From: the human T2T-CHM13v2.0 reference genome, Homo sapiens
Length of the DNA: 64,000 bases
Reading direction: 5' to 3' (one strand)
Assembly: GCF_009914755.1 (NCBI RefSeq)
Contig: NC_060935.1
Below, piece after piece: positions 55,128 to 64,000 of this stretch. How positions within the stretch are numbered: position 1 is the stretch's first letter; the number at the start of each line of letters is the position of its first letter. Below the pieces are notes generated by a model that saw nothing but the letters and a program-made list of their open reading frames with translations, was not told the DNA's origin and made no database searches. The position numbers were made by a program, and so were the translations under genes.

Positions 55128-56789
55128 TACTTTTTCCTTCTTTTTCAATAAGGAGCCTTGCATTTTCATTTTACACTGAGGCTCTGCAAATTATGTAGCC
55201 AGTCCTGCCCCTAGGACCTGCTTCAGGTCCTAGGGGAGGGGAAAGTTAGCCTTACTCCAAGCCTCCGAAATGTCTTTCCCAGAGTCTAGCTGTCCTCACT
55301 TGGGGACAGGCACCCACAAGAAGAAAGTACCTACACAGGGTGGCTCCACACAACCCCAAAGCTAAAACTGAGAAACCTGAAGCTAGAAAGGGTCTTGTGC
55401 AATCAGCTGGTTCCTGCCAGCACCCTTGTGCCAAGTCACAGAGGATGCCAAGGGCCCAGCAGCCAGGGAAGGAAGACAGCCTAGTCCAGTAGCCAACAGG
55501 TATCCCAGTCCCAGATGCAGAGCAATAAGGATATGAAATGAAGACGCAGAGGAGGCCGCTTGAGCCTCCACCAGCCAGCTTCCTGCTTTGAGCATTGTTC
55601 TCAACAGCAAGCGACTGTATCCAAGAAGCCTGGGTCTAGGCACCAGCCTTGACAGGCCTGTTCCTGGCTGTTGAGCTTCTCTCACCTTGCTTATTCTCCT
55701 CCACCCCAATCTCCTTCCAAGTAAGGAGTTTTCCAAGACCTGGAATACCTAGAAAACTCATTGGGTCTCTTTAAAACACTGATTCCTCAAGAGATGCCAA
55801 GTGCCTACTCAGCTCCCAGCCCTGGGCTGGGTGCCTAAGTCACAGAAGTGGGGAATAAGATGCCTGCCTTCAAGGAACAGCCTTGGCACAGGCAAGGTGG
55901 CTGAGCCCCTCTTCTCTGCCATCTCCTCATTGCCTCATGACCTATTTAATGCCTGCTGTAGGGGGAACGGAATTCACAAGGTTCCATGAAACCCCTGAAG
56001 AGCAGCCCAGTGTAATACTCTAACTCCCATGGCCTCTTCTAGAAACTTCTCCCTCATAGGTCCCATGTTTGAAAAAGCTGTGTCTGCCAAATTGTATTTA
56101 CTAATAATCAATGTCTTTAATTTCTTACTAATCAGAGACATGTACCACCCCTAATCAACATAGGAGACCAAGGGGTACTGCCCTTCCAAAGTACCTCAAT
56201 CCCCAGAAAAAGCAAAGATGGAGTCTGGCCCCATGAGCCTTGGGGAAGCCTAACTCAGAGCAATGGCATATGGGCATGCATCTCCTTCAAGATGCATGGC
56301 CTGGGGTAGGAGCTACCACTACTACTGTGGCTATCACATGAGGGACCAAAGACCTATGTTCCAGTCCCAGCTCTAACACTTCAGCAAAATCACTGAACCT
56401 TCATGGACCTGAGTTTCATCATCTGAAGAATGGGGATGATTCTTCCCCTCCTGCCTCCAGGGGCTGCTATAAGGATCAAATAAGAAAAGACACAAGAAAA
56501 AAAACCATCTGCTATAGGAATGTCCAGGATTACGGCAAGATTCTATGTCTGTAAAACGAAACTAGTAGTAGTTCCTACCTCATCAAACTATTGTGAGAAT
56601 TAAATCAATGACAGTTACAGAACAGTTCCTAGCATTTTTCAAAGACCCAAAAAGATTAGGCTGTTATATAATTATTACTACTATTATTGCTACTTCTGTT
56701 AATGACACTATTATCACAATTACTATTATACCTTGCTACCCAGCTAAGGGATTCATAGTAGAGAAGTGCTAGAGTACAAAAAGTCTTCG

Positions 56790-56791
56790 TT

Positions 56792-56822
<31 letters not shown>

Positions 56823-57096
56823 CAGACAGGGTCTCACTCTGTCATCCAGGCTGGAGTACAGTATCACAATCATAGCTCATGGTAAACTCAGACTCCTAGG
56901 CTCAAGCAATCCTCACACTTAAGCCTCTCAAGTTGCTAGGATTACAGGAGCATACCACCATTAATTTTTTCATTTTTTGTACAGATGAGGCCTCTCCGTG
57001 TTGCCCAGGCTGATCTTGAACTCCTGGCCTCAAGTGATCCCCTCGCCTCCGCCTCCCAAAGTGTGGAATTGCAGGCATGAGCCACTATACCCAGCC
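56790..57096 (-). mobile_element. Alu (AluJ-like) with (TTTA)n tail
   Basis: Reverse dimer. Confidence 0.88.
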
Positions 57097-57274
57097 AAAA
57101 AATCTTTTTAAAGGGGTTATCAACATCACTTAGTCTAGAACTGGGAGAACCAACAGTAGATTTCTTATACATTTTGTCCCTCATTAATGCAAAATTGAAC
57201 AAAAAGTGCAGAAATCAAAACAAAAATTCACCTGCCTAACCTCAAGCTTTTCTGCTTCAAGAAATGGACTCTGA

Positions 57275-57791
<517 letters not shown>

Positions 57792-58539
57792 TCAAAAATT
57801 AAAATGTTTTAATCTGCTAAATATGAGGAGCAACTGAATACATCCTGTAAAACCTCACACAACTTTCCTGTGCAAGGAGCCATTAGGAAAAATAAAATCA
57901 GCCGTGTCAATGCTTAGTCGCTCTCACTTTATGAGCCAGATTAGAGGAGGCTCCTGCCCTCAACACAAAAATCAAACATTCAGAAATGCTCACGGCAAAG
58001 CTAAGAAATCAGACAACAGTAAAACATTTTTCATGTGGGGGGCGGGGGATGAGGGAGAGAACAATTACTCCCAAAACCCTTAAGTCTCTCAAAAAATTGT
58101 CACAGAAGGAGGTCAGAAGTACAATCACCTGCCACAGGGCCCTGCCTTTGAGGGTAGGGAACACTGTCACACATTGCTTTTTCTAGGCCTGGGAGGAGTC
58201 AGCCAAGGCCCTGGGGGCACAGGAGCTCACTGTAGGAAAATCATTAGGGACCTCACAGACAAGTTACCATGGAAGAGTCAGCAAAGGTGTGGAAGGCTGT
58301 GCTCCAGCCTCCAGAGTCCCACACGCGGCCTCACACACCCAGCCCAAGGCTGCACCTGGTACTTTGGGACACTTGCAGCCCTTCCTCCCGCCAAATGAAT
58401 GATGGGCCCTGCCCCTGGGTGACGCTAGTGAGATGCAGGCCATGGATCCCATCCCTCTCACCTTCTTAGAAACACTGCTCCAGCAACTGCCCCGTCTCTT
58501 TACTGCAGCATCGACTTCTTCCTCTCAGTGGGATCATTC

Positions 58540-59910
58540 CCATCAAAACAAACATGCTGTACAATCTCCCACCAAAAAAAAGAACCCTCCCTCAAACCCA
58601 TATCCTCTCCAATTACCGGCTAATGTCTCAACTCCACTTTGCAACAAAACTACCTGGAAGATTTGCCTAACTGACTCCCTGTCTTCACCCCGTGTTTTAT
58701 CTTCCACCTACTCCAGTCAGATTTTGTCCTTTAAGGCTTCTGTGAACATGCATTCTCCTGGGGTTTCTCCTACCTTCTCAGTCCTTCTCAGTCTCCTTGC
58801 TGGCTTCACCTCTCACCCCTCTAAACACTGCTTTGACCATCCAAAGCCTCAGAACATCTCTCTTCTGTCTGTACTCTCTTCCTAGGGGATTTCATCTAAT
58901 CCCATGGCCTTGAATAACATCTATTATACCCAATGGGTCTCTTCTGTCCTCTCTCCCCACCAAGCTTCAGATCACACTATCTGACATACTCATATCTCAA
59001 ATGTAAGATGGCAAAACAAGATCTCATGATTCTCCTCCACCCCAAACCGGCTCTTCCCATCTCAACGATATGAATGCTATCCACTCAGGTGCCCAAGCCC
59101 TGAGGAGTCATCTTTGCCTCTTCTCTTTCTCCCACAGACTTTATTCAGTCCATCATGAAGGTGTGAAGAGCCTATTTCCTAAACACAGCCTGAATGTGAC
59201 CACTACTCCCTGTCTACTGTGCTACCACCCTCAGGCAAGCCACTTCTAACTCCTGCCTGGAAGAGGGCAACAGCCTCAGCTGCTCTCCTGCCTCCCCCTG
59301 CAGTGGCCACCTACAATCCAATCTCCTCACAGTGATCGTTCTAAAAACACACACCAAATCATGCCATTTCCCTGCTTAAAACCCTCCAATGACGTTTCAC
59401 TGGGCTTAGAATAAAGTATGAAAATTCCTCACCCCGGCTCACAAAGCTTTGCGGCATTTACCTTTCTCCTACCTGTGACCTCTCCTCATGCCACTTTCTC
59501 CCTTGTGCACCACATTCCAGCCTTCCTGCTCCTTAAACTCCAAGCTCTTTTCTGCCTTAAGCCCTTGCCCTGGCTGTTCGCTCTTCCCGAAATGCTTTGC
59601 CAACTCATCATCACATGATATCTCCTTCTTGTCATTCAAATTTTACTTTAAATGTTGCCTATTCAGAAACACCATCCCGATCTCCCAGTACAACCAAGCC
59701 ACCCAGTCACTCCATGTCACATCACCTTATTTTAACTTTCTGCACAGTAGTAACCACGATCTGATATTATTATTCGTGTTTTTTACTTATTTTCTACTCC
59801 CTTCCCTCTCCTATTAGATTGCAAGCTCCATGAGCACCTAGAACTTTTCTGTTTTTTGTTCCCAATGCCTAGAACAACGTGTGAACGTGTGGCACACAGG
59901 AAAATTGTAA
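58540..59910 (+). mobile_element. L2 remnant
   Basis: Pyrimidine-rich L2 motifs (ccctgcttaaaaccctccaatg; gattgcaagctccatgag). Confidence 0.65.
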
Positions 59911-61162
59911 TAACATCAACTGATGCAGTTATGAGCCAGAGAGGCCCACTGACAGCAAGACTCTGATGGCCCCAGCCAACTCCCCAACTTCACATACACA
60001 CATATGAGGCAGGGCAATAGAACCGCAGCAAGGCCCTAGTCCTTAGGTCTGTAAATCTCACCCATCAGTATTTTCAACTATTATGCAAGAACCCAAACCA
60101 GAAAAGGAGGTTCCGGGGTTTTCTTGAAATAGGCTGCTTTATTCCTAACAGTAGTAGTTCTGACTCACAGTCGCCGAGGTACACCCAGTACTAGTCAGAC
60201 CACCGTCCAGACCTTTGGCGAGCTGATTCATTCAGTGAACAAACATTTACCGAGTGCCTACTCGCTGTCGGGCACTGGGGCAAGGGGTCAAAGGCAGTGT
60301 CTGGCCTCCCGGAGCTCAGCAGGCAGAGGGAAACACGCTGCAACACAGACTCCCGCCGGAGTGGGAAAGCAAAGCCTGTACTGGCATAGGAGCCTGACCC
60401 GCGCCTTCACTTACTGCGCCCCAATCTGACATGGACTGATCCTACAGACCCAGGGTAACCTGGCTGGTGCGCCAACACTCCGGGGCTTTTGCGGAAAAGT
60501 AGCCCGTGGACTAACGGAAGCACCAGCAATCCCCCGGTTCAGCTCCGGCCGAAGAGACGCGGAGCGCTCGAGGAAAGTCATTGGTTGACCAGTTCCCTTC
60601 CCCACCCCCTCCCTCCCCGCAGGCCCGCGCAGTGGATGGAGGCCGGGGGCGAGGTTCCGACTCTCCAAGACCATCCCAGAGCCTGCGGCAGGAGAGGGGG
60701 CGTCCTCCTAAACGAGATTCCCCTAGTCTCTCCCTCTCCCCACTGCAACCCCGCAGGCCCACACCAGGACAGAACTTCTCGTTCTACTCCTCCCACCCGA
60801 GCCCATCCAGGTCCCGGCACTCGCCTCTCCCGGCGGGGCGCAGCCCCAGACCCTAGAGGGGAGGCGTGCCCAGCCCTCACACCAGCACCCGAATCCAGCC
60901 GGATTGCAAGGTCCAGGGCGCAGAGTCTGCGGCCTCTTCTCCCCCGGCCCAGGTCCCCAGCGTAGGTGCGGCCCCCACCGCCTTCCTCTCGGAGGCCGCC
61001 AAACAACTTGGGCACACAAAACGTTGAGTGTGGCCGCGGCGCAGCGCGCGCCAACGAGCCCGGGCCGGCGGGAGCAGAGGAAGGGCGGGGCGCCCGGCGG
61101 GAACGGGGAGGGACCCCCCACCCCGCGGCACAGGTGCGAGCGCGGCGGCCCCACTCACTCAC

Positions 61163-61220
61163 TCGATGAAGTAGCTGGCGCCCTCCTCCGTGAAGCCCTC
61201 CTCCCAGCCGCGGGGCAGGT
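61163..61220 (-). CDS. PLEKHA7: PLEKHA7 exon 3 (D-LPRGWEEGFTEEGASYFI-D, first part of WW2)
   Basis: Acceptor tttccgcag|AC, strong donor GA|gtgagt; 58 nt; LPxGWE WW signature. No further PLEKHA7 exon recognised in the window. Confidence 0.95.
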
Positions 61221-61298
61221 CTGCGGAAACGCCAGAAAAGTCGGGTCAAACTTGGGCCGCCGCTGCGCGCGCCCCCCACCCGCCGGCCCGGCGCCCAC

Positions 61299-61375
61299 CT
61301 GAGCGGATCATGTGGCCCGAGTTGACGGGCTCCCCGGTGCGCGGGTGCAGCCAGGTCGTGCAGCGGAGCTGGTCA
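61299..61375 (-). CDS. PLEKHA7: PLEKHA7 exon 2 (N-DQLRCTTWLHPRTGEPVNSGHMIRS, end of WW1 and linker)
   Basis: Acceptor cccgcag|TGAC, donor TCAG|gtgggc; 77 nt. Continues the frame and supplies the WW TTWxHP motif. Confidence 0.95.
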
Positions 61376-61489
61376 CTGCGGGCAGAGAGGTGCACCTGTT
61401 AGCGCCGCCACAGCCCGCCGGGTGCCCGCCCGGCCCCCGCCCCCGCGCCCCCACCCGCGTCCCCGCGTCCCCGGGTCCTCGCGCCGCAC

Positions 61490-61575
61490 TTGATGAAGAA
61501 GACGCGGCCATCCCGGCACACCCCGTAGGACCAATGCTCAGGTAAAGTGTCCCGCCCGACCGTCGCCGCCGCCAT
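61490..61575 (-). CDS. PLEKHA7: PLEKHA7 coding exon 1 (MAAATVGRDTLPEHWSYGVCRDGRVFFI-N, first part of WW1)
   Basis: ATG at 61575 in strong Kozak context (gcgaacATGg). The translation matches the PLEKHA7 N-terminus as I recall it. Ends ATC AA|gtgcgg (GT donor); 86 nt. Confidence 0.95.
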
Positions 61576-62712
61576 GTTCGCCGAGCGCGGAGCCGCCGCG
61601 GGGTGGGGGGGAGGGGGCGGGGGCGCGGGCAGGGGCGGGGGCGGGGGCGGTGGCGGGGGCTCGGCCTGCGCGTGGCCCGGCGGCGCCGCGAGGCGCTCCA
61701 TCCAGGCGCGGGCTCCTCAGGGAGCGACCGCCCGGCCGGGTCCTGGCGCCCGGAGTTCGCAGCCGCTCCGGCCAACCCAGCGCGGTGCCCGCGGCCTTTG
61801 TCCCCGCGCCTTCCCCGCCCCCAGCCTGCTGGCACCGGCGCTCCCCTTTGCCCCCGAGGCCGGGAGACCCGGGCGGCGCGGGGGGCCGCTGGCGGGGGCC
61901 GCTGGCGGGCGCGCCTGGGCAGCTTCGGGGCGCGCGGTTGGACCCGACCAACTCCGAAAACGGCGAGCGCCCGAACGCTCAGTAAACCCCAGCCGACCCG
62001 CACCACAGAACTTCCCGACCCGGGAACTCCGCTTGTGTGTGAACCAAGTTAACACTCAGGTTCCTGCCATATTCCCAGCCTCCTTCTCTTCCCCTGTAAG
62101 GTTAATCGAGTCCACACGGGATTGTTGTGTAGATTAAATGAAGTAACAATCGCATAAAGTGCTTAACCGGACCATGGCATGTAGTAGGTGCTCTATCAAC
62201 GGCAGGCCGAGCGCGATTTCATTTTCCCAAGTTTTCAGCTGGGATGTGAAACAGGAGGGAGCAGGGTTACCGCCACACACCACTGAGGTTGCAGGGATCG
62301 CAAGCTCTTGCCTTCAGTTTCTGTCAAGTAACAGAAAAAAGGGGTTTTGAGGGCTCGGCAGCACGTCCATCTCTGGAAGAGCGGTGGCCAGGCGGGGCCT
62401 CTAGGGGGCCCTGCAAAGCTCTTTGCAGTGGCGGCACCCTCTCATATTCGGGTCTTTACTCCTATCTTATCTCCTCGGGGAGCCCTCCCTGAGCCCTCTG
62501 CAAAGAAAATCCTTCCCCTCCTTCCCTCGCTATTTCATTACTTGTTTACATTTAATTGATATTTGTGTTTGTCTTGTTTGTTGTATATTAGTTCCAACAT
62601 GTCAGCTGGATGAGAGAAGGGGCTTTGATCTACCTCATACACTGCCTGGTCTCCAATGCCTGGAACAGCACCTGACTCATGTATGCATTACGCATTCAAT
62701 AACTGTAGGATG

Positions 62713-63005
<293 letters not shown>

Positions 63006-63050
63006 CTGCAGGATGAGTGAATGAAACATACTCCACACTCAGACTCCCGG

Positions 63051-63051
<1 letters not shown>

Positions 63052-63086
<35 letters not shown>
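63052..63086. repeat. (CA)n microsatellite, ~17 units, ~1.5 kb upstream of the PLEKHA7 ATG
   Basis: Read directly. Confidence 0.95.
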
Positions 63087-63088
<2 letters not shown>

Positions 63089-63677
63089 AGCAAAGACAGA
63101 GCAGCAGCTGGGCTCCAGCTGTTGTCAGGCCCAGCCTTCTCGGGACATAGGCTCTGATTGATGGGAGGAGGCGCGCCTGAAAGTGAGACTGTATGCAATG
63201 TGAGCACTAGTTATTCAGAAAGGTGCCCAAACAGGTGGAATTAGGCTGGACCCTGAAGGACTGGTTAGGTTTGACTGGGAAAAGAGCACTCCAGAGGGGA
63301 GGGATGGGAGAGCATGCACATAATTTTGGGAGGGCTGTGAGATGTTGATGAGACCATAAAGGGGCCCTTCCTTGGGAACAGACAGTGGTGTTGGGGAAGG
63401 AGGCATTTATGAGTTAGAAGAGGTAACTGGTTGCAGAGGACGGGGGACACCTGTCTGAAGGAACCTCCTGCCTCTGAGGAGGTTGTTGAGCAAATGAAAA
63501 TAGGAAAGCGGTGTTTTGCTAGCTAAACATTGATTTTAAATAATACATTAAATGGGCAAAGGGTATGAACCCACAGTTAATAGAAAAGTAATACAGATAA
63601 CTTTTAAGCAAATGAAAAGATACTGAGCCACTTCATAATAGAAGAACTGCAACTTACGGTGAAATACTATTTTTTTA

Positions 63678-64000
<323 letters not shown>

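Larger units (their letters stand above)
60330..62080. promoter_or_regulatory. CpG island / PLEKHA7 promoter with GC-box (Sp/KLF) array at ~61610-61660
   Basis: Very high GC and CpG density over exons 1-3; repeated GGGGCGGGG just upstream of the ATG; no TATA box seen. Confidence 0.9.

Noticed and set aside
60489-62137. Long overlapping Arg/Gly/Pro/Ala-rich ORFs (up to 233 aa) on both strands
   Set aside because: Expected from stop-codon scarcity in a CpG island. Only the spliced WW-encoding frame shows protein-family signatures.

Overview
Primate (human-like) genomic DNA, about half interspersed repeats. The only host-gene coding sequence is the 5' end of PLEKHA7 on the minus strand: a CpG-island promoter (~60.3-62.1 kb) and coding exons 1-3 (61575-61490, 61375-61299, 61220-61163). 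These encode WW domain 1 and the first part of WW domain 2. Everything from 61162 down to position 1 appears to be intron 3. The most unusual part of that intron is a ~1 kb cluster at 21.2-22.4 kb, where an old L1 remnant holds three nested retro-insertions. They are an Alu monomer, a 5'-truncated U6 snRNA copy fused to a 110-nt non-U6 segment with a poly(A) tail and a 17-bp target-site duplication (TSD), and a full-length RPL36A retrocopy with an intact ORF. The retrocopy is in the host orientation, and its 5' UTR contains a possible splice acceptor in frame with PLEKHA7 exon 3. Other structure includes a perfect 51-bp x ~4 minisatellite, three local direct duplications, a fold-back inverted repeat with an iterated spacer, MADE1 and Tigger-type hairpins, and several close inverted Alu pairs. 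Gene and repeat names are recognised from memory, not from a database search. Repeat boundaries are approximate unless TSDs are quoted.
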